Source: Candidatus Levyibacteriota bacterium
Lineage (GTDB): Bacteria; Patescibacteriota; Microgenomatia; Levybacterales; UBA12049
DNA length: 64,000 bases
Assembly (NCBI GenBank): GCA_003152105.1
Contig: PLZJ01000002.1
Coordinates: 311,761-375,760, forward strand
Direction: 5' to 3'
Part shown: piece after piece, positions 9,804-19,488 of the stretch
How positions within the stretch are numbered: position 1 is the first letter of the stretch
How the letters are laid out: every line of letters starts with the position of its first letter
Translations under genes and position numbers: made by a program
Notes under the pieces: model-generated
Told to the model about the DNA's origin: nothing
Databases searched by the model: none
The model's input: only the letters and a program-made list of their open reading frames with translations

Positions 9804-10874
9804 ATTTTTCTTATCATTGTCATTTACAATATCCAAAGAATATTCGAGAAGTATTCTGATAGTTGCAGCAATTGGAACTGCAAGAATTAATCCTACAACA
9901 CCAAACATGTGTCCTCCGGCAAGAACTGAAAAAAGTATTATTATAGATGGAAGTTTTGTTATTTTGCCCATTATTATTGGGGTAATAAAATAATCTTGTA
10001 ATTGTCTAACTAAAAAGTAAATTAATCCAACAACTATCACTCCTTGAATAGGAGCTAGTCCAAAATTATTATTTCCTGTAATAAGAATTACTAAAGCAGC
10101 AACTACACCAGCTGTAATTGGTCCAATAATAGGAACTATTTCTGCAAACCCTGAAAAAATTGAAAGAATAAGTGAAAATCTTTCTCCTAAAATCGAAAGA
10201 CATATAAACAATAAGCAAGATACAATAATAATTAATAATAGCTGACCTCTCAAGTATCCACCCATTACTGCATTTATTCTACGTATTAATATTTCTACAT
10301 CTACCTTATATTTATTAGGGATTTGATGAATAAATCTATCTGTAATTGCTCTTCCTTCTTTTAAGAAATAGAAGCCTGAAAATAGGAAAATAATGAAGCT
10401 TAATATATGTGTAAATATTTGTGGAAATAAGCTAAAAAGAGATGTCGAAGTAAGCAGTTTTGATTTTTGTATTGAATTCAATGCATCAAAAATAAATCCT
10501 TGCGCAAAGTCAGGGAGCGAATGTATTTGTATTTTCGTATGAATTACTAGATGTGTTATATAACCTCTAAGCTCCGAGGATTCTTCAATAGTGCGTTTTG
10601 TCAATATATAACTGGCAATAACTATTATTGCCATTATAATGATATATATTAACGCAACAGAAAGCGTACGTGGCATCCTAAGTTTATTTGATAGAAAGTT
10701 TACTAAGGGGTTAAATATATATGCAAATACCGCAGCTAGAACAAATGGAGTTAATATACCGCGAACTGAATAGAGGAATAAGAAAAGTATACATACTAGA
10801 ATAAAGAAGAATATAAACTTATAACGAATTGACATTGTTAAATTTATTATATCAGAGGCATGATATGCTTGCAC
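9792..10874 (-). CDS. AI-2E family (UPF0118 / PF01594-like) multi-pass membrane transporter
   Basis: Eight or more hydrophobic helices with ...LTPFVLAAVFAYIFNPLVNFL... The track start is a GTG (cac at 10872-10874). An internal ATG (MSIRYKF) is an alternative start. The 3' end abuts or overlaps the RNase P RNA 3' end. Confidence 0.7.
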   Translation of the reverse strand: MQAYHASDIINLTMSIRYKFIFFFILVCILFLFLYSVRGILTPFVLAAVFAYIFNPLVNFLSNKLRMPRTLSVALIYIIIMAIIVIASYILTKRTIEESSELRGYITHLVIHTKIQIHSLPDFAQGFIFDALNSIQKSKLLTSTSLFSLFPQIFTHILSFIIFLFSGFYFLKEGRAITDRFIHQIPNKYKVDVEILIRRINAVMGGYLRGQLLLIIIVSCLLFICLSILGERFSLILSIFSGFAEIVPIIGPITAGVVAALVILITGNNNFGLAPIQGVIVVGLIYFLVRQLQDYFITPIIMGKITKLPSIIILFSVLAGGHMFGVVGLILAVPIAATIRILLEYSLDIVNDNDKKNPRK

Positions 10875-10952
10875 TCGAGCTATTTTGTGTCATTTTATAA
10901 TCACACTATGCTTTTCTGAATTATCAGGTTAAAGTAAAAATAAATATCAATC

Positions 10953-11234
10953 TTAACGAACAGCTTTTTTAAGTGTTTTTCCGGGAGTAAAACCTGGTGC
11001 TTTTCTTGCTGCTATGTTCATTTTTTCTCCAGTTTTCGGATTTCTACCAACTCGTGATTGCCTTTTTCTAATACTAAATGTTCCAAATCCGGTAATAACA
11101 ACTTTTTCACCTCTTTTTAGTGAATCTCTTATCGTATTTAGCATAACTTGCATTGCATCTCTAGATGCCTTGTTGGTAAGATTGGCTTTTTTTGAAATTA
11201 CTTCTATTAAATCTTTTTTAGTCACACAATTCAC
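10953..11234 (-). CDS. hup: DNA-binding protein HU
   Basis: 93 aa. ...GEKVVITGFGTFSIRKRQSRVGRNPKTGEKMNIAARKAPGFTPGKTLK is the HU/IHF arm motif. Confidence 0.85.
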   Translation of the reverse strand: MNCVTKKDLIEVISKKANLTNKASRDAMQVMLNTIRDSLKRGEKVVITGFGTFSIRKRQSRVGRNPKTGEKMNIAARKAPGFTPGKTLKKAVR

Positions 11235-11320
11235 CTCCTTCCATAATGTAAGTTGAAATCGCCGTTTAGACTAACAATATAGGAAAAACGTATTATTGTC
11301 AATATGATCAACTATATCAG

Positions 11321-12580
11321 TTAAGAGGCGATAGAGCGGAATTCTCTTATTGCGGTAACTTTAACTTCACCAGGTACAATCAATGATTTATCGATTTCTT
11401 CTTTTATTTTTTGTGCAGTTATAACGGTTTGAGCATCGTCCAGTTTTCCAGCATTTATTATTACTCGAAGTTCTCGACCTGCCTCAAATGCATATGCGTC
11501 TTCAATTCCTTCATGTCTTTTCGCAATATCTTCCATTTGAGTAAGTCTTTTTGCATAATCTTCATAATCTTCATAGCGAGCCCCAGGTCTAGAACCGGAA
11601 ATAGCATCTCCGATATGTACGATTACGGATTCTATTGATGAAAATGGCTTATCTTCATGATGTTCTGCAACACAATTAATAATAGGTTCTGGTAGATTAT
11701 ATCTTTTAAGAAGCTCAACGCCAAGTTTAACATGAGAGCCTTCTCCTTCTACTACTTTTCCAATGTCATGTAGCATAGCGCCAAGTTTAACTACGTTTAC
11801 ATCAGCTCCTATTTCTTCTGCAATGTGTGCTGCTATTTTAGTAGCTTCTAGAGTATGTACGATTAAGTTTTGTCCATATGATGTTCTGAATTTAAATCTA
11901 CCGAGGACAGACATTAATTCGACAGGCAAATTATATACCCCAACTTCATGAGTTAATTTTTGGCCTTCTTCTATTAAAATTTTATCTACCTCTTCTTGTG
12001 TTTGCTTTACAATTTCTTCTATTCGAAATGGTTGAATACGGGTATCTTTCAATAATTTTTCTAAAGCACGTCTTGCAATTTCTCTTCTTACCTGGTCAAA
12101 GCTTGAGAGTCTAATTATTCCTTCTTCATCCAGGTCAACATCAACTCCAGTAGCCTGTTCAAAGGCACGAATATTTCTGCCTTCTTTCCCAATAATTCTG
12201 CCTTTCATTTCTTCGTCTGGAACTTTTACTACAGAAACAGTATATTCTGGGACATAACTTATTGCTCCGTGTCTCATGCTTTCAACTAAAATTTCCCTAG
12301 CCTTTTTTTCTGACGTTTGCTTTGCCTCTTCTTCAGATTCTTTAATTAATTTAGCTACAGCATGTCTTTGTTGATTTTCTACTTCTGTTAGGAGTTCTTG
12401 CTTTGCCTCTTCTTCAGTAAGACTCGTAATATTTTGTAGTTTTTTACGATATTCGTCTCGCTTTTTTTCGATTTCTAATTTTTCTTTTTCTAATCGATCT
12501 CGATCTATTTCTACTTTTTCTTGTTTTTCAAGTAGTCGTTTTTCGAGTGCAATTAGATCTGATTGTGTAGTATCTGCCAT
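11321..12580 (-). CDS. rny: ribonuclease Y (KH plus HD domains), short form that appears to lack the usual N-terminal membrane anchor
   Basis: GRIIGKEGRNIRAFEQATGVDV (KH), then HTLEATKIAAHIAEEIGADVNVVKLGAMLHDIGK...HHE (HD). The coiled-coil N-terminus begins at MADTTQ with no hydrophobic segment. Confidence 0.85.
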   Translation of the reverse strand: MADTTQSDLIALEKRLLEKQEKVEIDRDRLEKEKLEIEKKRDEYRKKLQNITSLTEEEAKQELLTEVENQQRHAVAKLIKESEEEAKQTSEKKAREILVESMRHGAISYVPEYTVSVVKVPDEEMKGRIIGKEGRNIRAFEQATGVDVDLDEEGIIRLSSFDQVRREIARRALEKLLKDTRIQPFRIEEIVKQTQEEVDKILIEEGQKLTHEVGVYNLPVELMSVLGRFKFRTSYGQNLIVHTLEATKIAAHIAEEIGADVNVVKLGAMLHDIGKVVEGEGSHVKLGVELLKRYNLPEPIINCVAEHHEDKPFSSIESVIVHIGDAISGSRPGARYEDYEDYAKRLTQMEDIAKRHEGIEDAYAFEAGRELRVIINAGKLDDAQTVITAQKIKEEIDKSLIVPGEVKVTAIREFRSIAS

Positions 12581-12719
12581 AAATTGCAGACAATAGCATG
12601 AAGTTGCTTAATAATTTATTTCACTGTGGTTTTAGTTGCAATATGTATCATAATTCACTAAAACGAACAACTACTATTGTCCTTGGACGTATTATACTAC
12701 ACATTCTGTTTTCTGGTCA

Positions 12720-13103
12720 ATGTTCCTAAAATTTTGTATACTAATAAAGATGTTTATTATTTTTATTAATTGGTTGATATCAGCTCTTGTTATTATTGCT
12801 GCATCATATTTATTACCAGGGGTACATGTTCAGTCATTTTTAACTGCGCTGGTAGTTGCAATAGTGCTTGGCATATTGAATGCAGTTATAAAACCAATAT
12901 TATTTTTACTCACGTTGCCTCTTACTATAATAACTCTTGGATTATTCACTTTTATTTTAAACGCATTTATGATTCTTCTAGCAAGTAAAATAGTGCCTGG
13001 ATTTCATGTTGATAATTTTTGGTGGGCATTGTTATTCGGTATAATCTTGTCTATTTTTAACTCTTTTCTTCAGAACTCCAAAAAAGAGCAAAAGCTTAAG
13101 TAA
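12720..13103 (+). CDS. DUF360 / phage-holin-4-like small membrane protein (4 TM)
   Basis: Entirely hydrophobic 127-aa ORF with WLISALVIIAASYLLPGVHV and ...KIVPGFHVDNFWWALLFGIIL, typical of the YvlD/DUF360 family. Confidence 0.5.
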   Translation: MFLKFCILIKMFIIFINWLISALVIIAASYLLPGVHVQSFLTALVVAIVLGILNAVIKPILFLLTLPLTIITLGLFTFILNAFMILLASKIVPGFHVDNFWWALLFGIILSIFNSFLQNSKKEQKLK

Positions 13104-13120
13104 TATTTATTTTTAATGAT

Positions 13121-13588
13121 TTATGTATAATGCGCCAACACTTTTTTAATCGTTTCCCAATTGAAGCCTCTTCTTCCGAGTTGTCCAACAAGTTTTTCAT
13201 ACAATTGATCTCTCGATAAGTTTTTATAACTTGTAATTTTTTTCTCTACAATTTTTTTAGCTAAATCCTCGTCTGAAATATATGTTTCTTGATCACCAAG
13301 AACATCTTCTATAATTTCCTTTGAGATACCTTTTTTGGAAAGCTCAATGCTAATGAGTCTTTTACTTTTTGGTTTGCTATAAACTCTACTTGAAAACCAA
13401 GCCTTTGCAAACATTTTATCATCAATTAGACGTTCATTTTTTAAAAGTTCTATAACCAAAGCTATATCAGTATCATTTGCTTTTTTTCTTACTAAGTAAT
13501 CTTTTATTTCTTTTTCTGATCGCTGTCTGTATGAAAGAAATTTTATGGTTTTCGCATGTAGAGAAGCAACAGATATCGAATGAGTCAT
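13121..13588 (-). CDS. recX: recombination regulator RecX
   Basis: Immediately downstream of recA on the same strand. Three-repeat pattern: LSYRQRSEKEIKDYL / IDDKMFAKAWFSSR / ISIELSKKGIS / LVGQLGRRGF, paralleling E. coli RecX. Confidence 0.8.
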   Translation of the reverse strand: MTHSISVASLHAKTIKFLSYRQRSEKEIKDYLVRKKANDTDIALVIELLKNERLIDDKMFAKAWFSSRVYSKPKSKRLISIELSKKGISKEIIEDVLGDQETYISDEDLAKKIVEKKITSYKNLSRDQLYEKLVGQLGRRGFNWETIKKVLAHYT

Positions 13589-13600
13589 TTAGGAGTATTA

Positions 13601-14701
13601 TTACACATTTACTTCATCAATGGTATCTTTGGTATCTTCAATACCAACAGTTACTGAAGTTGGACGTGATTGAGTAAGTTCTTTAATTTTATCTACTATT
13701 TCTTTTGTTTGAGTAGGATTATTTTTAAGCCATTCCTTGGTATTTTCTTTTCCTTGCCCGATGACTTCATCGTTATATCTAAAGAATGCTCCGGCTTTTT
13801 TAATAACATTCATTTCTACTCCAACATCTAAAACTCCACCTTCTCGTGAAATACCATCTGTAGTCATAACATCAAATTCTGCAATTCTAAACGGCACTGC
13901 TACTTTATTTTTTACAATTTTGGCTCTGTGTCTTGATCCAATTGGTTTATCGCCATCTTTGAGAGATTCAATTTTTCTTACATCAATACGTACAGATGCA
14001 TAAAACTTAAGAGCAAGTCCTCCAGGAGTAGTTTCGGGATTGCCAAACATTATCCCTATTTTTTGTCGTAATTGATTGGTAAAGATAACTACTGTTTTTG
14101 ATTTAGAAATAACACCTGTTAACTTTCTTAGAGCTTGAGACATTAATCTGGCTTGTAATCCAATCATAGCATCTCCCATCTCTCCTTCTATTTCTGCTCT
14201 TGGAACAAGCGCGGCAACTGAATCAATAACAAGAACATCAATTCCTCCAGAACGAATTAATGATTCTGCGATTTCTAATGCTTGTTCACCTGTATCGGGT
14301 TGTGAGATTAGCAATTCTTCAAGTTTTATTCCAATTTTTTCCGCCCATAATGGATCAAGTGCGTGTTCTGCGTCTATAAAAGCTGCAACTCCTCCATGTT
14401 TCTGTGCTTGTGCTATTACAGATAATGAAAGTGTAGTTTTTCCTGATGCTTCGGGTCCATAAATTTCAATGATTCTTCCTCTTGGCAATCCTCCTACTCC
14501 TAATGCTAAATCAACAGGGAGAGAGCCTGTTGAAATAGTTGAAATATCTAACTTATTGCCAATTTCACCAAAACGCATTATGGCACCACGACCATACTGC
14601 TTTTCGATTTGTTCCATAGCCAGTCGAACTGCTTCTAGTTTTGGGGATAAGTGTCCATTTGTTGGTGGAGTTGCTTTTGTAGATCCTGCCTGTTTAGCCA
14701 T
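13601..14701 (-). CDS. recA: recombinase RecA
   Basis: Canonical RecA: [17 protein letters not shown] (Walker A), [23 protein letters not shown]. Confidence 0.95.
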   Translation of the reverse strand: MAKQAGSTKATPPTNGHLSPKLEAVRLAMEQIEKQYGRGAIMRFGEIGNKLDISTISTGSLPVDLALGVGGLPRGRIIEIYGPEASGKTTLSLSVIAQAQKHGGVAAFIDAEHALDPLWAEKIGIKLEELLISQPDTGEQALEIAESLIRSGGIDVLVIDSVAALVPRAEIEGEMGDAMIGLQARLMSQALRKLTGVISKSKTVVIFTNQLRQKIGIMFGNPETTPGGLALKFYASVRIDVRKIESLKDGDKPIGSRHRAKIVKNKVAVPFRIAEFDVMTTDGISREGGVLDVGVEMNVIKKAGAFFRYNDEVIGQGKENTKEWLKNNPTQTKEIVDKIKELTQSRPTSVTVGIEDTKDTIDEVNV

Positions 14702-14786
14702 CGCAGCACTATTGTAACACGCTTATGTTATAATGCAATAGGCAAAAAACAACAGTTTAACAATCTAATCTCTTTATATAGACTAG

Positions 14787-14814
14787 TAATTAGATTGGTA
14801 TAGTAATCTAATTA
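14787..14814. promoter_or_regulatory. perfect inverted repeat TAATTAGATT-N8-AATCTAATTA about 90 bp upstream of recA (candidate SOS/LexA-like operator). A third half-site-like copy AATCTAATC lies at 14762-14770
   Basis: Arms of 10/10 complementary bases at 14787-14796 and 14805-14814, in the recA / tRNA-Pro intergenic region. A putative recA promoter lies closer to the gene: TTGCAT-16-TACAAT, with the -10 ending about 9 nt before the ATG. Confidence 0.4.
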
Positions 14815-14831
14815 TAGTAATAATTTTTTAT

Positions 14832-14902
14832 CGGGGTATAGTTTAACGGTAGAATTTGCGGATGGGGTCCGTAGGGCAGAGGTTCAATTCCTCTTACCCC
14901 GA
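14832..14902 (+). tRNA. tRNA-Pro (anticodon GGG), hand-folded
   Basis: Acceptor CGGGGTA/TACCCCG, T-arm AGAGG-TTCAATT-CCTCT, anticodon stem TGCGG/CCGTA with loop ATGGGGT (anticodon GGG at 14864-14866), discriminator A. No encoded CCA. Confidence 0.7.
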
Positions 14903-15046
14903 CATAAAATGTGCTAGATTCTTTTTCGAACAAAAATATTTTTTTAATGAATTATTTAGTAAATGATCAACTTGTGCTCAAAAGTATTATGTGATTAACT
15001 TGAAGTGGATTTATAAAACCATTGATACTTATTACGTAGAAGGGAG

Positions 15047-15253
15047 GTGAATAAGATGTTTAAAAAAAGAATAGCGCGTTATGATTTTTGGGACATAGGA
15101 TTGATAAAATTAACAAGTTTTACGGTTGCCTTATTATTTGTTTCATTTTTTAATGGGTTTGCCGCTTGGGTTCAGTCGATAAATCCATTTTACTTATTAT
15201 TACTAGTAATTCTATTTGCAGCAAGACCTGGATATAAATTCTTCAAAAAATAG
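15047..15253 (+). CDS. small membrane protein (likely start ATG 15056, preceded by GGGAGGTG SD)
   Basis: Strong Shine-Dalgarno sequence 6 nt upstream of ATG 15056. Two hydrophobic helices. No family recognised. Confidence 0.4.
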   Translation: MNKMFKKRIARYDFWDIGLIKLTSFTVALLFVSFFNGFAAWVQSINPFYLLLLVILFAARPGYKFFKK

Positions 15254-15262
15254 ATTATAGGA

Positions 15263-15730
15263 TTATTTATTTAATTTCCAAATAGTACCATTGAGTACTG
15301 TTGCGAAGCTTACCCAAAATAGATAAGGCAAAAGAATTAGGCTCGCAATATGATTTAATGGCCAAAAACTTATTGCAGTTAATATAATAAAAAATAGCAT
15401 GAAAAGAATTTCTATAAACGCAATAAATATTTTCTTCCAATAGAAAAAAATAAAAGACCAAACTCCATTTAAAATAAGTTGTATTATAAAATATGTAAGT
15501 GCAGTTACTTTATTTCCCGTATTTATCAGTATTAAATAAAAGGATATCCCCATAAGCGCATATAAAGTAGTCCAAACAGGACCAAAAATATATGACGGAG
15601 GATTAAATGATGGTTTTTTAAGTTTGACATACCAGGTTTTAATGGAACGCATTGTGATTGGTGTTGCACATAAACCGACAATCTCACAAACTAAAATACA
15701 AGTAATAAAAAGTAATGCAGTTGGATTCAT
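15263..15730 (-). CDS. tspO: TspO/MBR family tryptophan-rich sensory protein
   Basis: WYVKLKKPSFNPPSYIFGPVWTTLYALMGISFY and ...PYLFWVSFATVLNGTIWKLN match the TspO signature (WY..L.KP...PP...F..VW..LY..MG). Confidence 0.75.
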   Translation of the reverse strand: MNPTALLFITCILVCEIVGLCATPITMRSIKTWYVKLKKPSFNPPSYIFGPVWTTLYALMGISFYLILINTGNKVTALTYFIIQLILNGVWSFIFFYWKKIFIAFIEILFMLFFIILTAISFWPLNHIASLILLPYLFWVSFATVLNGTIWKLNK

Positions 15731-15750
15731 ATTAGTATGATAACACCTTT

Positions 15751-16467
15751 TTGTGCGTTAAGAAACAATCTTTCTTGAACTTCAATAAAATTGAAGTGTT
15801 ATGGACAAAATATCGTAATAGTTGTATTATAAGCAAAATGATAATCTCCAAATATCTTCATTCTTGTTTATTGGTAGAGGAAAACAATAAAGTAGTTTTA
15901 ATAGATCCTGGAGTGTTTAGTTATCAAGAAAAAGTACTTGTTCCAAAAATGCTTACTGCATTGGACTATATACTTGTGACGCATAATCATTTTGACCACA
16001 TGAGCACCCCAATGATTAAAGATTTTGTGAGTAAATTTCCAGATGTTACCATAATTTCAAACGAAGAAGTAGTAAATGAATTAGTAAAAGAAGGACTGAA
16101 AGCATCAACAAAAGGTGATGAAAATATTACCATAATTCCACTTTCTCATGAGAAGATGTTTGGAGGTCAAAAAATGTCTGAGAACTCTCTGTTTGACATT
16201 TTTGGAAAACTTACTCATCCAGGAGATTCTCTGAGTTTAGATCATACAAAAGATATACTAGCCCTACCTTTAGACGCCCCCTGGGGTAGTACAACTTGGG
16301 CTTTGGAAGTTGCTCTTAAACTAAAGCCAAAAATTGTAATTCCAATTCATGATTACTTATGGAAAGATGCTATTAGAAAAATGTTTTCGGAGAGAATTGC
16401 TGAATATTTAAAAGAAAAAAATATTGATTTTAAACTTCTTGATACAGGACAGAAAATAGAAGTATAA
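15751..16467 (+). CDS. MBL-fold metallo-hydrolase
   Basis: LIDPG...LDYILVTHNHFDHM (HxHxDH zinc motif) with later His/Asp residues. The start is probably the internal ATG (MIISKYL...). Confidence 0.6.
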   Translation: MCVKKQSFLNFNKIEVLWTKYRNSCIISKMIISKYLHSCLLVEENNKVVLIDPGVFSYQEKVLVPKMLTALDYILVTHNHFDHMSTPMIKDFVSKFPDVTIISNEEVVNELVKEGLKASTKGDENITIIPLSHEKMFGGQKMSENSLFDIFGKLTHPGDSLSLDHTKDILALPLDAPWGSTTWALEVALKLKPKIVIPIHDYLWKDAIRKMFSERIAEYLKEKNIDFKLLDTGQKIEV

Positions 16468-16561
16468 ATTGATTCTTTTTATTAGATTTCTTTTGTACTA
16501 ATTTAGTTCCCAAAATACTTTAGAAATAATAGGATTACTAGTTGTTATGAAATAAAAATTT

Positions 16562-17056
16562 ATGTATAGTAATACAATGACAAGTTCAGACGATCTTCAA
16601 AACACAGAGATTCAAGAAGCTGAAATAATAGAGCCACAGAGTGAGCAGTCAAGTGGAGGAGTAGAAATACTTTTGAGTCTTGAAAATATGATTAAGAATC
16701 ATATTGTAAGTTTGGAGAGATTACAGGAAGAAATTAGAAAACATAGAGAAATGGTTGATAGTGCTTTTGAAAATTCAGAAACGTTTAAAACTCATAATGA
16801 AACAGCAAAAGAGGCATTAAAAGTAAAAAATACAACTAAACAAGAAATTTTGAAACAACCTGCTACGATGCAATTAAATATGAAACTAAAATCTATGCAA
16901 TCTGAATATAAAGAAAGAATGCAAGAGCTATCGGATTTGTTGCCAGAATATCAGAGGCTATCTGGTGCAAATATTATTCAAACTGATGATGGTCAGGAAC
17001 GTGAAATTGTAACGTCTGCAAAACTTGTTAAAAGAAGTACTGGGAAGAAAAAATAA
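16562..17056 (+). CDS. hypothetical coiled-coil protein
   Basis: 164-aa hydrophilic, heptad-rich ORF with a lysine-rich end. No recognisable domain. Confidence 0.35.
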   Translation: MYSNTMTSSDDLQNTEIQEAEIIEPQSEQSSGGVEILLSLENMIKNHIVSLERLQEEIRKHREMVDSAFENSETFKTHNETAKEALKVKNTTKQEILKQPATMQLNMKLKSMQSEYKERMQELSDLLPEYQRLSGANIIQTDDGQEREIVTSAKLVKRSTGKKK

Positions 17057-17059
17057 TAT

Positions 17060-17575
17060 TTATCGTTTTGGTGATTGTTTCTTTCTTCGAGCTTTTCCAC
17101 CCATACCAACTTTTCTTCTCTCTCGTGCCCTAGCATCTCTTGTTAGTAAATTGTGTTTTTTTAGTAATGAGTGGAAATCTTCATTGCCTGTTTTATCTAG
17201 CGCTCTTGCAATTCCGTGGACCATAGCATCTAATTGTCCAGATGAACCACCACCCATAACTTTAACGGTTATAACATATTTATCGATAGTGTTTGTAAGT
17301 CTAAGTGGTAGAAGAAATTTATTTTTTGAGACTGGGCCGGAAAAATATTCTTCAATAGGTAAATTGTTAACATAAATATCACCTTTTTTAAGTATTTTAT
17401 CTTCCCAGAAAATATTAGTTGGAGGGTTTGCGTAGAGTCTTACTCTAGCCACTGCCTCACGACGTCTTCCTACTGTGCTAATATAGGTTACTTTTGATTG
17501 TTTTGTAGTATCTTTTGCCATATTATTTTGTTGTAAATTTCTCTGCGTATGGATGGTTGTTATCTGAGTATACAC
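17060..17575 (-). CDS. rpsI: 30S ribosomal protein S9
   Basis: ...GGG.SGQ..A..HGIARAL.......LLTRDAR..ERKK.G..KARR..Q.SKR C-terminal signature. Confidence 0.9.
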   Translation of the reverse strand: MYTQITTIHTQRNLQQNNMAKDTTKQSKVTYISTVGRRREAVARVRLYANPPTNIFWEDKILKKGDIYVNNLPIEEYFSGPVSKNKFLLPLRLTNTIDKYVITVKVMGGGSSGQLDAMVHGIARALDKTGNEDFHSLLKKHNLLTRDARARERRKVGMGGKARRKKQSPKR

Positions 17576-17951
17576 GAAGTCGCTTTAGCATTTCAGCTTG
17601 TAATTTATTTTTCGGTAACATTCCTTTAACAGCATGTTGAATAACTCTTTCAGGATGATCTTTTCTAAGTTCAGCAAGTGTTTCTTTTCTAAATCCTCCA
17701 GGGTAACCTGAATGACGATAATAATTCTTTTGTTCTTCTTTATTTCCAGTTACCTTAACTTCTTTGGCATTAACTACTACGACATAATCTCCACAATCTA
17801 AATTTTTAGAAAAATATGGTTTTGATTTGCCCATTAAAAGTTTCGCTATTTCTGTTGAAATTCTACCTAGAATCTTTTCGTTAGCATCGATTAAATGCCA
17901 TGTTCTTTTTATTTGATCAGTAGTTGTTGGTGCTGTTATTTTATTTTTCAT
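17523..17951 (-). CDS. rplM: 50S ribosomal protein L13
   Basis: W.LIDA....GR..T.IA..L.GK.KP.F motif. Overlaps rplQ by 11 nt. Confidence 0.9.
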   Translation of the reverse strand: MKNKITAPTTTDQIKRTWHLIDANEKILGRISTEIAKLLMGKSKPYFSKNLDCGDYVVVVNAKEVKVTGNKEEQKNYYRHSGYPGGFRKETLAELRKDHPERVIQHAVKGMLPKNKLQAEMLKRLRVYSDNNHPYAEKFTTK

Positions 17952-18450
17952 TTTTAGTTTTAGTATTTTTAGTTACTTTTTTAACTGTTTTTTTTACGGT
18001 TGTCGTCTTTTTACTAATTGTTTTGATAGGTTTTTTTACTACTGCTTTTTTGTCTGAACTTACAGGTATTGACACTTCAGTCCACTCGATAATTGCAAGC
18101 GATGCGCCGTCTGATTTTCTGCTACCTGTTTTTATAATTCTCGTGTAACCACCATTTCGGTTTTGAAATCTTGGTGCGACGTCATTAATGAATTTTTCAA
18201 GAGTTTTACCAGCAAGCTGTTTTTGAATATGCACAACTGCATTATCGCCACTTTTTAGTGCCTTGGTAACTAATTTTTCAACTTGAGGACGGATTGCTTT
18301 TGCTTTTTCCTCAGTAGTTTGAATTCTATCATTGAGAATAAGAGCCGAAATCAAGCTCTTAAAAAGTGCTTGACGCTCGTTCCTATCTCTTTTAAATTTT
18401 CTGCCAAATACCTTTTTTCTCATAAAAAAAATCTCAAAACTCAATTGCAA
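17941..18450 (-). CDS. rplQ: 50S ribosomal protein L17 with a Lys-rich C-terminal extension
   Basis: FGRKFKRD...RQALFKSL....RI.TT..KAK..RP.VEKL.T plus a KK-rich tail of about 45 aa. Confidence 0.9.
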   Translation of the reverse strand: MQLSFEIFFMRKKVFGRKFKRDRNERQALFKSLISALILNDRIQTTEEKAKAIRPQVEKLVTKALKSGDNAVVHIQKQLAGKTLEKFINDVAPRFQNRNGGYTRIIKTGSRKSDGASLAIIEWTEVSIPVSSDKKAVVKKPIKTISKKTTTVKKTVKKVTKNTKTKNEK

Positions 18451-18543
18451 AATTCAAATCGTATTTCAAAATCCAAAAACTAAAGCAGGTCAGATTTGAG
18501 ATTTTTAGTTATCGATTCGAGATTTGCGATTTGAACCTTGAGA

Positions 18544-19467
18544 TTACGCTGACAGCGAAATCCCTTTTTCTTGTAATTTCTCTTCAATAATTGCAATAGA
18601 TTTACCGCCCATATTTCTCATTGAGACTAAATTTTTGCGAGGCGTATCGAGTAATTGACCTAATGTTTCGATGCCGCCATTTCGTAAGCTATTGTATATG
18701 CGAGTAGGTAAGTCTAATTCATCAATCGTCAACCTTAAAACTTCTTCAGGAATATTTGATGATATTTGTGTTTTTTCAGCAGGAGTAGAAATTTGTGGAG
18801 CATAGATTTGTGAGAAATAGGAGGCTAAATTCATGGCTGCTTGATCTAATGCTGCTCGTGGAGAAATTGTTCCATTTGTCCACACTTTCAAAGTTAGACG
18901 ATCTAAATTTGTTTGTCTTCCTACGCGTGTTGGATCAATTGAGTATGAAACTCGTTTTACCGGAGAGAATACTGCATCTGTAGCAATAAGTCCTACTGTG
19001 TTAACGTCTTGTTCTTCAGCTAAGTTATAGCCATAGCCTTTACTAATTGTAAGTTCCATTTCAAATTTATTTTTATTAGATGAAGCATGTCCTATGTATT
19101 GTGTTTTGTCAGCGATTTCAACACCATCAGGAAGGTCTAAATCAGCAGCTGTAACGTCTTTTGGTCCTTTTACTGATAATTTTACAGTAGCAGTAGCTTT
19201 ACTGTCTGAGAGACGAAAATTTAACTGTTTAATATTAAGAATTAAGTCAATTACGTTTTCTTTAACTCCTGGAATTGTTGAGAATCTGTGTTTAACTCCA
19301 GTTATTTTAATTGAAGTTACTGCTGCTCCAAGAATTGATGACAACATTACACGACGAATTGAGTGGCCTAACGTAGCCCCATAGCCAGTTTCTAGAGGCT
19401 CAATTACAAATTCCCCGTAATCATCGGTAAGATTCTGTTCTTTAATTTTAAAAGTTGGTTCCTTCAT
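18544..19467 (-). CDS. rpoA: DNA-directed RNA polymerase subunit alpha
   Basis: N-terminal-domain GYG.TLG..LRR.LLS and C-terminal-domain ...LDLPTRIYNSLRNGGIETLGQL... (HhH). Confidence 0.9.
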   Translation of the reverse strand: MKEPTFKIKEQNLTDDYGEFVIEPLETGYGATLGHSIRRVMLSSILGAAVTSIKITGVKHRFSTIPGVKENVIDLILNIKQLNFRLSDSKATATVKLSVKGPKDVTAADLDLPDGVEIADKTQYIGHASSNKNKFEMELTISKGYGYNLAEEQDVNTVGLIATDAVFSPVKRVSYSIDPTRVGRQTNLDRLTLKVWTNGTISPRAALDQAAMNLASYFSQIYAPQISTPAEKTQISSNIPEEVLRLTIDELDLPTRIYNSLRNGGIETLGQLLDTPRKNLVSMRNMGGKSIAIIEEKLQEKGISLSA

Positions 19468-19488
19468 ATTAAGAGTACTATTATAACA

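Noticed and set aside
18451-18543. Imperfect CAAATC/GATTTG repeats in the rpoA-rplQ spacer as a possible regulatory structure.
   Set aside because: The pairing is weak and irregular and no terminator-like U-tract is present. This could be low-complexity AT-rich spacer.
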